Source: Octopus sinensis
Lineage: Eukaryota
Reading direction: 5' to 3'
Length of the DNA stretch: 64,000 nucleotides
NCBI RefSeq assembly: GCF_006345805.1
Contig: NC_043002.1
Span: 86,676,001 to 86,740,000 of the forward strand
A program made the translations under genes and the position numbers. The notes beneath the pieces were generated by a model, which had not been told where the DNA came from, did not search any database, and saw nothing but the letters and a program-made list of their open reading frames with translations. Each line of letters begins with the position of its first letter. The stretch's first letter is position 1. Positions 51,881 to 64,000 of the stretch are shown in pieces.

Positions 51881-52152
51881 TATTATCTGAAGTGTGCAAT
51901 ATTATATACATATATTACAGCCAATCTTACTAACTGGTTTTCGCGCTAGGGATTCAACAGAGTGTTAGGTAGCAATCTGATTATGTAACCCTGCCCTCAT
52001 CAGAGGTAGCCAATATGGAATGAAATATGACAACCGCACTTGTCATATTGAATACCATATCAGCTACCTAACACTCCGTTGAATGCCTAGTGTGAAACTA
52101 ATTGGTAAGATCGGCCGTAATGGATATATAATACTGTACACTTTGGATAATA
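51881..52152. repeat. Fold-back element with asymmetric deletion
   Basis: 51881-51973 complementary to 52063-52152; central hairpin ATATGACAA ccgcac TTGTCATAT. Confidence 0.85.
51920..52011 (-). ncRNA. Hammerhead motif
   Basis: GGCTACCT-CTGATGA-GGGCAGGG...CCCTAGCGC-GAAA-ACCAGTTAG-TA-AGATTGGC; the other arm reads GAAA-CTAATTGG-TA. Confidence 0.58.
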
Positions 52153-52239
52153 TGCCCACTCTACTGACAGATATACGAGTGCATTTTTTTCCTGACTTAT
52201 GAACTTTTATAAGACTTACACACACCACACACACACACA

Positions 52240-52610
52240 TCTCTATATATATAAACAGCAAAATGTCTGTCTGTGTGTGTGCGTATTCTTTATGCAAATC
52301 CACAATTTTTCAGTTAGAGGGCTCGCACTTTCTATGGTCATTCAAAACCATCCAAGGGTGGTCGTGCACATCTTTACATTTCCCCAGTCACCCCGCAAAG
52401 CCATTAAAAAATCAATAGAAGTGACTTTTTGTGAATTTTCTATCCAAAACGCAATCAAAATGCCTGAAACTTGATACGCCAATTGAATGCCAGCTAGCTG
52501 TATGTGATTGGTCAGAGATTTGGACAGTATTCGTGTGTATGTGTGCATGCATTCAGCTGTATATGCATGCATTAGCACTATGACCTGGCATTGCCGGGTC
52601 ATAGTGCTAG
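52240..52610 (+). mobile_element. Non-autonomous Helitron
   Basis: A|TCTCTATATATATAAA 5' end; GC-rich subterminal hairpin GACCTGGCA-T-TGCCGGGTC; CTAG|T 3' end. Confidence 0.8.
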
Positions 52611-52991
52611 TACATATATAGTTTACTGTTCCATTAAGATAAGATCAGCAGAAAAAGTATTCCATCCAGTGAGAGATAAATATCATTTAATGTGCACTGT
52701 ATTAAAATAAGAGCTACCAATAGTTTCTTGCTATTGAGAAATGTGGTTAGCTTGATTCTTATAACATACTTTGTGTCTCAATGCAAGAAACTATTAGTAG
52801 CTGTTATTTTAATACAGTGTATTTCAATTATATATATATATATATATATATTACAGAGATGTACTTGCATAGCAAGTGACCTGATCTGAGATCGTGTGCT
52901 GGAACGAAAACAATTGCAGTGTAGAAGGTGTTTATAAGCCATTTAAGAAACACACAAAAACCGTTAGATTCACTTCAACATTTAGATTTAA

Positions 52992-53042
52992 TTTGTCAAA
53001 ATATTTTCGTCGCTTTGAGACCGCGACCTGTTCACTGACAAA
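52992..53042 (-). ncRNA. Minimal hammerhead motif with G3:C8 core
   Basis: TTTGTCA-GTGAACA-G-GTCGC ggtctcaaa GCGAC-GAAA-ATAT-TT-TGACAAA: 7-bp stem I, 5-bp stem II. Confidence 0.7.
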
Positions 53043-53204
53043 ATTTCGTTCTGCATCTATATTTGCAAGAGAGAGAGAGAGAGAGAGAGAGTGAGAGGGA
53101 AAGCAATTCCTGATAATAGCAAGTTATCATGTCATGAGTTTGCTTTCAAAACACAGTGTTGTATCATCATTGTCGTCGGCGGCGTCATCATCATCATCAT
53201 CATT

Positions 53205-56200
53205 GTTTAATGTCCACCTTCCATTCTGGCATGGGTAGGACAGTTTGACAGGAGCTGGCCAGGCAGGTGTCTGCACCAGACTTCTGTGACTGTTTTGGCA
53301 GGATTTTTACAGCTGCATGCCATTCCTAGAACCAACCACTCTGCAGAGTGGACGTAGTGCATTTCATGTGGCACAAGCACAGGTGAAGTCAGTTTTGGCA
53401 AGATTTTTACAGCTGAATTCCCTCCCAAAATGCCAACCACTTTACATTGTGAACTGGATGCCTTTTTTAAGTGGCACCTGCATTGACAGGGTCACCAAGT
53501 ACCTTGCAAGACAAAATAAAAAAACTTTTGAGAGGAGAGGGGCATTAGAGGAGGTGATCTTGTGTCAGATGATGAAAGGTTATACTGAGAAAGTGAGACA
53601 GAAAAAAGTGTCTTGCTGTAGAGGAGGTACAAAAATACCTGGCTGGAGAGAGAGAGAGAGAGAAATCAGGAATGAAGACAGAAACAGGTTTGCTGCTGCA
53701 AAGGAGATACATGGTTACCTAACCTAAGGGAAATGCAGGAGAAAGAGAGAGTGGGTGATAGCAGGATAGAGATAGTGGCAAAGTGCCAGGTATACTCACA
53801 AGGGACGGGGATCAGAATATAAATGGGATGGTTGAGTAAAGGAAGAGAGAGATATAGATGGTGGCAAGTGCCAGGGCATATTCTTGAGGTTCAGATGTCA
53901 TAATATAAGTGGCAGCATATTGCAAAAGAAGTGTGATTAGAGAATGCGGAATGGGGAAGTGAGTGGCAAAAGCCTGGATATATATATATATAGAGTAGTG
54001 GGAGAGGCTACCGGATACAGAGAAACAGGGCTATGAGGACAGGATTGGGAAGTTAGAGGTGGGCATGGTGTATGATGGAGGAAATGTGAGGAAGAGTAGA
54101 GATGTAGAGATTAGTTCATTGTGTAGAAAGTTTACTTGTTATGTGTGGGTGGAACACACAGGCCGGGGGCTAGCAGATAGCAGTGATACAGTGAGACAGG
54201 GCATGTAGGTGGGACACACAGATCGACGGCTAACGGAGAGCAATGATACTATGAGACAAGGCCAAGAGGACAGGATTGGGGAGTGGGAAGTAAGCATAGT
54301 GCATGAAGTGGGAATGCAAAGAAGAGAAGAGATATAGAGATGTAGTTTGGCTGGTTGTGTAGGGTGTGTGAGAAGTTTTCTTGTTAAGTGTGGGTGGAAC
54401 ACTGCATTTCTAGACCTCAGTTTTGCTGACATAGACAGGTCTTCTCAGGAACCTCATATCACCAGACATCTTGGTCCATTGTTGTTTTCTCTGTGAAGCC
54501 CAACATCCTGAGATCGGTCCTTATCACTTCATCCCATGTCTTCCTGGGTCTCCCTCTTCTGTAGATACCATCCACTGTCAGTGATCGGCACTTCTTTATG
54601 CAGCTGTCCTCTTTTATACACATCCCATTTCCAAACCAATGTAATCTTCTCTCTTGCATGCTACATTTGATTCCTCTTATGTCCATCTTTTCTCTCAATA
54701 CATTTGCACTTTGTCATACATGTGCACTTGAGTTGCACATCCAACATACTACCTTAATTTCTCCCCAGTCTATGCATGTCTTCTGCATTCAGAACCCATG
54801 TCTCTCTACCATGGTGTAAAGCTGTTCATACATATGCATCATACAGTCTACCTTTCACTCTGAGAGAGAGTCCTTTTTTTGCCAGCAGAGAACTCCCTCC
54901 ACCCTATTCTTATTCTAGAAACAATACTTTCAGAACATCCTCTACCATTGCTAATTTGGTCGCCTAGATAACGGAAACTATCAAAAACCTCCAAAGAACC
55001 TCTTGGGAATTTGAGAAAATTTAAGTCACATGAGCTCTTAGTACTTATTGTTCCTGCACATCTGCCACATACACAGACGACTTTATCTGTTAATCTACCT
55101 GTGATTCCACTGCACCTCTTATGTGTCCATAGTTTTCTCTAGGTGCTGAAAATGGAATTTCTTCCAAGTCCTTTCCTACATATTGAGCAGGGCCATTTAC
55201 TTGATGGAAAGAGTTTTATCTTCTTTCTTACTAACAACTTTGATCTTTGCTAAGCCCTTTGATTCCAGGTTTTGTTTCCATATTTGGAATTTCTTCTCCA
55301 ATTCTGCTAAAGATTCTGCAATAAGAACAAGGTCATCAGCATATAGCAGTTCCCATGGACATCTAGTTTTGAATTCTTCTGTTATGGCCCAGAGGACAAT
55401 AATGAATAAGAATGAGCTGAGAACTGAGCCCTAGTAAACCCCTACTTGTACGCTAAGTACATCACTGTATTCATGGAGAACTCTCACCTTACGGTCAGCA
55501 CCACTGCATATGGCTTGTACAGCTCTAGCAACCCACTCTCCTACTCCTAACTTCCTTATAGACCACCATATAACAGAGTGAAGAACTCTGTTGAAATCTT
55601 TCTCCAGGTCGATGAAGGCTAAGTACAGTGGCTTACTTTTGGCCAAGTACTTTTCTTGCAGCAGTCTTACTAGAAATATGACATCTGTGGTACTTTTCCC
55701 AGGTACAAAACCAAACTGCATCTCAGCTAGTTTAATTCTATTCCTAATTAATTGAGCTATAACCCTCTCAGTAACTTTCATAACTTTGTAGTTGCTTCTA
55801 AGGCATCACCTTTACCCTTGTAGCAGCTAACTATAAAACTATTCCACCAGTCATTGGGGATGGTGCTTTCCTGAATAATCTGATTAATTCTACAGGTGAA
55901 GAAGCTGTATCCTACACCATCAGAAATTTTAATTATCTCGGCAGTGATTCCTGATGGCCCAGGGGCTTACCTTATCTTCATATCCTTAACCCCTTAGTGT
56001 TCACATCATTCTGCCAAAATTAATGCCTTTTCATCCACATTGTTTTGAACTAATCATGCATTATCTTGTATCTGTGAGATTTTGATGAGGTAGCTGTTAA
56101 TTTTTAAAACGATATTGTAGGGTTGGTGTGAGAGACCAGACCTGGCCAGTTTGAACATAAAACAGGCAGAATACTTTTGGCCGGATATGGCCGGTTTAAA

Positions 56201-56265
56201 TGCTAAAGGGTTAATTACCTTATCTATTATGCTGCTATCAACTCTGAAAACTGGTCCCTCAATTG
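53205..56265 (-). mobile_element. RTE LINE (decayed RT about 54459-56265 plus probable long 3'UTR)
   Basis: EMQFGFVPGKSTTDVIFLVR, LYLAFIDLEKDF, QGSVLS, LLYADDL, QERRLHWFG, RGRPRKTW; 3'UTR motifs at 53205-53520. Confidence 0.85.
55990..56210. mobile_element. piggyBac-type MITE inserted in the RTE LINE
   Basis: TTAA|CCCCTTAGTGTT ... AATGCTAAAGGG|TTAA. Confidence 0.82.
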
Positions 56266-57271
56266 ATACGATAGAAGCAAAATGATTTCTGTATTTTGCT
56301 CAGTGTTATAACACTTGTTACGATTTCAATAAATGTTCATGCATTGCATTTCATTGTTCACTTCTGGTGAGTGAGCATCAGGAGACATTTTCGTTTCACT
56401 TGAATGTATAAAATAGATATAATGAATATATATATATATATATATATTTGTGTGTGTGTGTGTGCATGTGTACTCTAAATATAATAGTGTTAACGCTTGA
56501 TTACCTGCATACACAAATACCTACTGACCTTCAATACACCCAAATTTGCTATAATTTTTATTATTCCAACATACATGTGTGTGTGTGTGTGTAGAATAAA
56601 TACACATATGCTTGACTGTTCACATTCCACTTCATTTAAGACGAGGTATTCTCACCTTGAATGCTCCATAAGCAATGTCTATGCGAATGAAATAGTACAG
56701 AACAGAAGAGTCTTGATTGTATCAAATGAGAGGAACACACACACACACAGATGCACACTTGCACACATTCGCACAGAGAAACACACATGCATGACCTCGC
56801 TTACACTTGCTCACATATATATTTGTATATGTTCATATAAATATATCATTTGATTTGAATAACTGTGTAAAGTAAATTATATTTTTAAATTAGATTTGCT
56901 CCATTTATATTTCTTGTTGTATTGTATGAATAATAGTGTCATTGACTGCATGTTTCCAATGGGTTAATCCCTGGTTCACTGCACTGACAAAGGACAGAAT
57001 GACAAGGAAGTGTCTGGTTCTAAATCAAGTCTGTTAAATACAAAGTAGTTTACTTTGAGTACACCTTGTTTTACGTCATTGTTTTGCTGTTTTGTAAAAT
57101 CTTTATAATATCGTTATTTTTCCCAATTCACTCCACAGAAATATAAATTAATAAATAGACAAACATGTCAGTGTGTCTTCAGGGCCTGAGTAAAGTGCAA
57201 AGCTACTTCGTCAATGAGACAAAAATTAGAGAAAAGAGTGAAATACTTGTCTTTGAAAATTTTAGTTACAG

Positions 57272-57320
<49 letters not shown>

Positions 57321-57529
57321 AGAGAGTGAATGGGTAGAAAGAAGAGAGAGAGTGATACCTTATTACAATAGTATAACTCCTGGGGGGAGAGAGAGAATTT
57401 GATGACAATCATAGTGATATAAGGGATAATTAAATAAATATTTTCCTAATTAAATTAACATTTCTGTCATGTTCATAAAATCACCACTTTCCAACTCATA
57501 CTACAGAATTATAAGTAAATATCTATGTA

Positions 57530-59400
57530 CCATGTTTCCCCGAAAATAAGACCCAATCTTATATTAATTCTGCATCCAAAAAATGTACTAAGGCTTCTTT
57601 TTGGGAGGCATCTTATATTTTTGCAGAAAAAATCCAAGAAAGACAAAAAGAGTCCCATGTCCTCGTGTAAAAGGGAAAAAATTGTAGAAAGGAACTCCTG
57701 CTTTTAGTTATCAAAAGTTTATTTGCTTCTTGTTTTTTGTCAAGGACAAACATTTCATCCCTTTCTGGAACATCATTATAAATCATCAAACCCCAAATCA
57801 GACTGAATTACTTGCAAATCCATTTCCTGAAGAATCATGGACTCCAATCTCTCATGTTTGGCAATATAACTTTCCTTAAATGAAGTACCCTGTTCATAGT
57901 GCATTGGCAATGCAACTGTCGGTAATTTTATTCCAGGAATTCTTCATACAATTCACGACTTCTTGGAAGTTGGGTTTGACAAAGTTTCCTTGCTGATTTC
58001 TCTCCATTCTATGTTCGATATAATCATTCCCTTTCATCTGCAAATAATCCTTGAAGGGCTGGTTTATTACGAAATCTAATGTTAGTAGATATGATGTCAT
58101 TTCCACAGGAATCATTATGTGGTCAATTCTTCTTTTACACGAATTCCAGGCTAAAAGACCTCTTTGAGAACCACATAAAACAAGTAGCATAGTTAAATCA
58201 ACCCATTTTCTTATAACAGCTTGTGTGCACCAATCTTTTCCATTTCAAGGACATAAACGCCTGAAACTCCTTCTGTTTCCTCTTTTTTGCCCTTTGTGAT
58301 AAACTGTGGGACTTTCGTTCCATACTCTTTTACTCTTTTACTTGTTTCAGTCGTTTGACTGCAGCCATGCTGGAGCACCGCCTTTAATCGAGCAACTCGA
58401 CCCTGGGACTTATTCTTTTTGTAAGCCCAGTACTTATTCTATCGGTCTCTTTTGCTGAACCGCTAAGTAACGGGACATAAACACACCAGCATCGGTTGTC
58501 AAGCAATGCTAGGGGGACAAACACAGACACACAAACACACACACACATATATATATACATATATATGATGGGTTTCTTTTCAGTTTCCGTCTACCAAATC
58601 CACTCACAAGGCTTTGGTTGGCCCGAGGCTATAGTAGAAGACACTTGCCCAAGGTGCCACGCAGTGGGACTGAACCCGGAACCATGTGGTTGGTAAACAA
58701 GCTACTTACCACACAGCCACTCCTGCGCCATGAGGAATTGCTAAAATACCAGTAATTCTTGCAATTTCCTGACCCATTGAGGCAATGTAGATTGATGAGG
58801 CACCTGCAGTCTCATCCATAGCAATTATATTGGACAGACTGTATTTCAAAAAGTCAATACCACCAACGAAGGACATGAGTGCAAGTGCACGTTGAATTAC
58901 TCCAGCATCCTCCAGCTTGAACAGTGTTGTCGATCTTCTTAGAGAGAGCTCGTATCACTGAAGGAAGTTATCCAACCAATGGGGTGATGCTTTGAATATC
59001 TCTGGGGATATATCCAATTCTGGTGCCATTGCAAGAGCAAATTTTTGAATATCAGCCCTGCATACATACAAAGCCTAATTTCTTCTGTTAGCAAGCCATC
59101 CCGAGGTGATAATTTTCAGCTCCAAAAATAACAGTTGTTGACCTGGTCCACACTTGCACTTCTTAGCACTTCCCTCATCCACCTATCCACTGAGATTATT
59201 GTACTCTGCTCGCCATTTTCAAACCATTCGGAGATTCATACTGAGAGATCCTTACAGAAAGCCATAAGGTGCTTGTTATGTGACTCTTCCACAATTCCTT
59301 TCTTGTATTCCAGGGAATACTCTTTCTTTTTGCACTCATCTTTTCTGGGGGACAAGGGAGTCAAGCCAAGGGAATCAACTCTGTGCATGCTTGCTGTAAG
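57530..59400 (-). mobile_element. pogo/Tigger-family transposon relic
   Basis: TA|CCATGTTTCCCCGAAAATAAGAC terminus; IPVEMTSYLLTLDFVINQPFKDYL (DDE_1); FKASPHWLDNF...LSLRRSTT (CENP-B-type HTH). Confidence 0.85.
58323..58729 (-). mobile_element. Full-length OR2-like CORE SINE inserted in the pogo relic
   Basis: Near-identical to 28823-29251. Confidence 0.9.
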
Positions 59401-60167
59401 CAAACATTTTCAAAAATGAAATATGTGAAGTCAGTATATTGAACAAGGTTGATTGATGAATGATTGAAAGCAATTCTCTTGGCTGGATGCAACAACATCA
59501 TAGCAAATATTGATATCTTAAAAGCTAAACACCTGTTTCACAAATCTCATCAAACTTTTTTGGCTACTTAGTTTGTGAGATTTGGATATGTGTGCACTGG
59601 GTGTGATATAACTATCTCATCACTGACGTCACCCTCTTTGATAACTTTTGGGTAAATAAATATGTTGGTGTGTCTTTATTCTTTGTGTATTCACTGTATT
59701 GTATTGAACAAAATGGTTATGCAGCTCACACTGATCATTTTCTCAGTGATCTGGCCCGTTGTGAAAAAGTTTGGTGACCCCTGGTCTAGAACAATGGCAA
59801 ACAGGTAACCAAAGTGTTTCCTTTCAGTACCCCAGCAAGAATTCTCCTGGAGAGACCACACAAGTTCTGGTATTTGATAGAAAAAAACTGAGGGAAGCCT
59901 GTCAAATATATATTTATATATAATATCATGTTTTACTTAGAAGCAATGCACAATATGAAAATTTTTGACTTAAACCAAATACAACAAACTACTCCCAGTC
60001 CTAGTTAAAGTAACTGTGCAAATTTTAAAATGTATTCACTGAAAAATGTCTTGCATAAGGGAGTGTACTTCCTTTTTTATATTACACAAGATCTGAAACA
60101 TGCATATTAAATGCTTTCAGAATATTATTATTTGGTTTGACTTCATTACAACAAATTATATATATAC

Positions 60168-61565
60168 ATCATCATCATCATCATCATTTAGCATCTGCTT
60201 TCCATGCTAGCATGGGTTGGAAGGTTTAACTGGGGTCTGGGAAGCCAGAAGGCTGCACCAGGCCCAGTCTGATCTGGCAATGTTTCTACAGCTGGATGCC
60301 CTTCCTAACGCCAACCACTCCGTGTGTGTAGTGGGTGCTTTTTACATGCCACCAGCAATATATCATCATCATCATCACCATCGTTTAGCGTCCGCTTTCC
60401 ATGCTAGCATGGGTTGGACGGTTCAACTGGGGTCTGGGAAGCCAGAAAGTTGCACCAAGCCCAGTTTGATCTGGCAATGTTTCTACGGCTGGATGCCCTT
60501 CGTAACGCCAACCACTCCATGAGTGTAGTGGGTGCTTTTTACATGCCACCGGCACAGGTGCCAGACGAGGCTGGCAAATGGCCACGATCGGATGGTGCTT
60601 TTTACGTGCCACTGGCACGGGGGCCAGGCGAGGCTGGCAACAGCCACGAACGGATGGTGCTTTTTACGTGCCACCAGCACGAGGCCAGTCGGGGCGGCGC
60701 TGGCAATGGCCACGTTCGGATGGTTCTCTTACGTGCCACCGGCACTGGTATCACAGCTGCAATTTCCATTGATGTTGATCGATTTCGATTCTCACTTGCC
60801 TCAACAGGTCTTCACAAGTAGAGTTTTGTGTCCCCAGAAGGAAAGGTAAGCATAAGTGGACTGGCACAACCCGGGTTATAGTCTCACTTGTCCTGCCAGG
60901 TCTTCTCACGCACAGCACACTTCCAAAGGTCTCAGTCTCTAGTCATTTCCTCAGTGAGACCTAAGGTTCGAAGGTCGTGCTTCACCACCTCATCCCAGGT
61001 TTTCCTGGGTCTGCCTCTTCCACAGGTCCCCTCAACCGCTAGGGTATAGCACTTTTTCACACAACTATCTTCATCCATTCTTGCCACATGACCATACCAG
61101 CGCAAACGTCTCTCTTGCACACCATAACTGATGCTTCTTAGGTCCAGCTTTTCTCTCAAGGTACTTACACTCTGTCGAGTATGAACACTGACATTACACA
61201 TCCATCAGAGCATACTGCCTTCATTTCTTGCGAGCTTACGCTTATCCTCAGCAGTCACGGCCCATGTTTCACTGCCATGTAGCATGGCTGTTCGTACACA
61301 TGCGTCATACAGTCTGCCTTTTACTCTGAGTGAGAGGCCTTTTGTCACCAGCAGAGGTAAGAGCTCTCTGAATTTTGCCCAAGCTATTCTTACTCTAGCA
61401 GTTACACTTTCAGCACACCCGCCCCCGCTACTGACTTGTTCACCTAGGTAACGGAAGCTATCAACTATTTCTAGTTTTTCTCCCTGGAATGTGGAAGAAG
61501 TTGGTCTCAGAGCATTTTCAGTGTTTATTGCTCCTGAGCATCTGCCACATACAAAAACTATCTTC

Positions 61566-61569
<4 letters not shown>
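60168..61569 (-). mobile_element. RTE LINE 3' part with complete 3'UTR, plus tandem short retrocopy (60168-60358)
   Basis: LREKLDLRSISYGVQERRLRWYGHVARMDEDSCVKKC...GRPRKTWDEVVKHDL contiguous with the repeat-bearing 3'UTR and (GAT)n tail. Confidence 0.92.
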
Positions 61570-61615
<46 letters not shown>

Positions 61616-61618
<3 letters not shown>

Positions 61619-62240
61619 AGTTGTCCGGAAAGTTCATGCTGATTTTTAAAGGAAAGAAAAAGGTCAATAAATACTTGCGATTAATTTTTTATCAAACAAA
61701 TATGAACCATTTTGTTGCACAATGCATCTCCATCTTTCCTTTAACTTGAAAATACCCTCTTCCCAGAATTGAGGTGGTTTCAGGGCAAAGAATTCATCAA
61801 GGTATCTTTTTTACGTCATCCAAGGAATTGAAATTTTTACTATTAAGACGATTCTGCAGAGACCTGAATAAGTGGAAATCTGAAGGAGCAATATCTAGTG
61901 AATATGGAGGGTGGGGTAACACATCCCAGCCGAGCTGCAGCAATTTTTGTCTGGGTCCCAAAGAAATATGCAGCCTTGCATTATCATGTTGGAAAACAAG
62001 AGCCTTCCTGTTGGCCAATTCTGGACGTTTCTCTTGAATTGTTGCTTTTAATTTGTTCAGTTGTGTGCAGTATTTCTCAGAATTAATTGTCTGGTTAGTT
62101 GGGAGAAGCTCATATTACAGAATTCCTTTCCAATCCCACCAGACTCAAAGCAAGACTTTTTTAGGGTGAAGACCTGCTTTTGGAGTGGCTAAGGGTTGCT
62201 CATGTCGCTTACTCCAGGATTGCTTTCTCTGAACATTTCG
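61616..62240 (-). mobile_element. Mariner transposon 3' half
   Basis: FQHDNARLH...LPHPPYSLDIAPSDFHLFRSLQN; terminus TA|TTGAGTTGTCCGGAAAGTTC. Confidence 0.9.
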
Positions 62241-62367
62241 ATCGAAATATATATATATATATATGTATACATATATATAGGGAAAGTTTACGAAAAAAAC
62301 AAAAGAAGAAGACAGGTGGTGTACAAAACAAACAGATGTATTAGTATAATGCTCAGGAATAGAAAAA

Positions 62368-62409
62368 GTCTTTTACGTTTCGAGCCTACGCTCTTCTACA
62401 GAAAGGGAC
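62368..62409 (-). ncRNA. Minimal hammerhead motif (A6U core, loopless stem III)
   Basis: CTTT-CTGTAGA-A-GAGC gtag GCTC-GAAA-CG-TA-AAAG. Confidence 0.68.
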
Positions 62410-62669
62410 ACAGAAAAAACAAGGAGAGAAAAAAAATGTGTGTAGTGGCTAACGATCTATCATGGCAGATGTGTGTATTGTATTTTTCCCTTGTTAACAA
62501 TTAACACGGAAAAAATAGATAAATAGCTACCAGGGTAGCAAAAAAGTCATACCAGTGATATCTTCGAAACGTGTCGGAAGTAAAAGAATTTCAATAACAC
62601 CTGTGTTTAACTCTGTTTATATATATATATACATATATTTATATATATATATCCTCCTTCTCATCATCA

Positions 62670-63456
62670 TCATTTAACGTCTGTTGTCTATGCTGGCATG
62701 GCTGGATGGTTTGACCAGAGATGGCAAACTGGAGAGCTACACCAGACTCCACTCTGATTTGGCATGGTTTCTATGGCAGGATGCCCTTCCTAATGCCAAG
62801 CACTTTACAGAGTGTGCTGGGTGCTTTTATGTGGCACCACATGGGCACTTTTGCATGGAACCACCACAAGTGCTTTACACCACCAGCAGTATTAGTCTTA
62901 ACACTTCTGCGGCAGGATATGGATCTTCTTGAGTATGGTCAGGCTCCAGGTGTCTTGGTCCTTTGTCATCTTACATGAAAGGTTCAGCTTCCTGAGGTCA
63001 TACTTCAGTACTTCATCCCATGTTCTCATCATCCTCATCATGGTTTTAATGTTCACTTTTCTATGATTGTATGGGTACAAAATCTATTGGGGCAGATTTT
63101 CTATGGCTGGACATTCTTCCTGTTGCCAACCCTCACCTACTTCCAAGCAAGATAATATTTCCATATGATCAGACATATTTTACAGAATATTGGAAATGAA
63201 TCACACCTCTTCTATGACAGTGACACTAACTTACAATGATCACATGGTGTTCAGATAAGGAGAGATGAGCATATACACACTCATTCATATATATACATAC
63301 ACAGCTTAGTAGCAGGGTGTTGCATTCATGCTCATAAGATTATGGTCTTGAGTCCCAAACCAGATGGTGTGTTGAGCAAAACACTTTATGTATGTATGTA
63401 TGTATGTATGTATGTATGTATGTATGTATGTATGTATGTATGTATGTATGTATGTA

Positions 63457-63496
<40 letters not shown>

Positions 63497-63640
63497 GGGC
63501 TTCTTTCAGTTTCTGTCTACGAAATCCATTCAGAAGGGTTTGGGTACTCTGGGGATATAGTGCAAGACGTAGGCCTAAGGTGCAAGACACTGGGAATGAA
63601 CCTGAAACCAATTTGTTGTGAAGCAAACATTTTAACCATG
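62670..63640. mobile_element. Mixed decayed RTE 3'UTR and SINE fragments
   Basis: GGATGCCCTTCCTAATGCC, RTWDEVLK and CTTCTTTCAGTTTCTGTCTAC motifs. Confidence 0.65.
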
Positions 63641-64000
63641 CAATCATGTCTGAATCTATTTGTTTGTGTGTGTGTGTGTGTGTGGTGTGCAGTGCAGGCA
63701 TACATATATGTATGTATGGCTTGATGCACTTTCTTTTGCCAACCCACTCCTGTTTTTCTGATAATAGATTATTACCAGATTTTCAAAGGAACAAAGCAAC
63801 CAAGCATAATGTAACAATGTCAACACCAGTACTCTTTACTTAAATGGTGGAAGTGAAATATCAACATTCACACACACACACACACACATGCCCATAGATA
63901 CAGCATAAATACATAATATATAAAATAGGAAACTTGACAGTTTATGTATGGGTGTATGTGTATGTACGCATATGTATAAGCAAAGCTATATAAATATATA

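Noticed and set aside
62560-62582. Hammerhead 3' half TTC-GAAA-CGTG-TC-GGAAG
   Set aside because: No upstream CUGANGA-like core found; at best a remnant.

Overview
AT-rich, microsatellite-saturated eukaryotic DNA. The SINE, LINE and transposon repertoire points to a coleoid cephalopod, most likely Octopus (inference from recalled repeat families, not from a search). I see no intact host protein-coding gene: nearly all ORFs in the track are microsatellite artefacts or decayed transposon pieces. The recognisable mobile elements are tRNA-derived SINEs (3-4 families), RTE, CR1-like and R4/Dong-like LINE fragments, mariner, pogo and hAT relics, several MITEs and Helitron-type elements. The main unannotated signal is about 19 minimal type I hammerhead ribozyme (HHR) motifs at 12 loci, in short non-coding elements of several unrelated families. 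Many lie in tandem or fold-back (palindromic) arrangements within (TA)n/(TAA)n tracts. Several have non-standard cores, including the compensatory U3:A8 and G3:C8 swaps. This resembles Penelope-like pseudo-LTR/retrozyme biology. Also noted: a young, hairpin-rich 460-nt element, a 196-bp long-range inverted repeat, and a few splice-site-bounded candidate exons on the minus strand. All structures were derived by eye; repeat boundaries are approximate unless a TSD or TIR is quoted.
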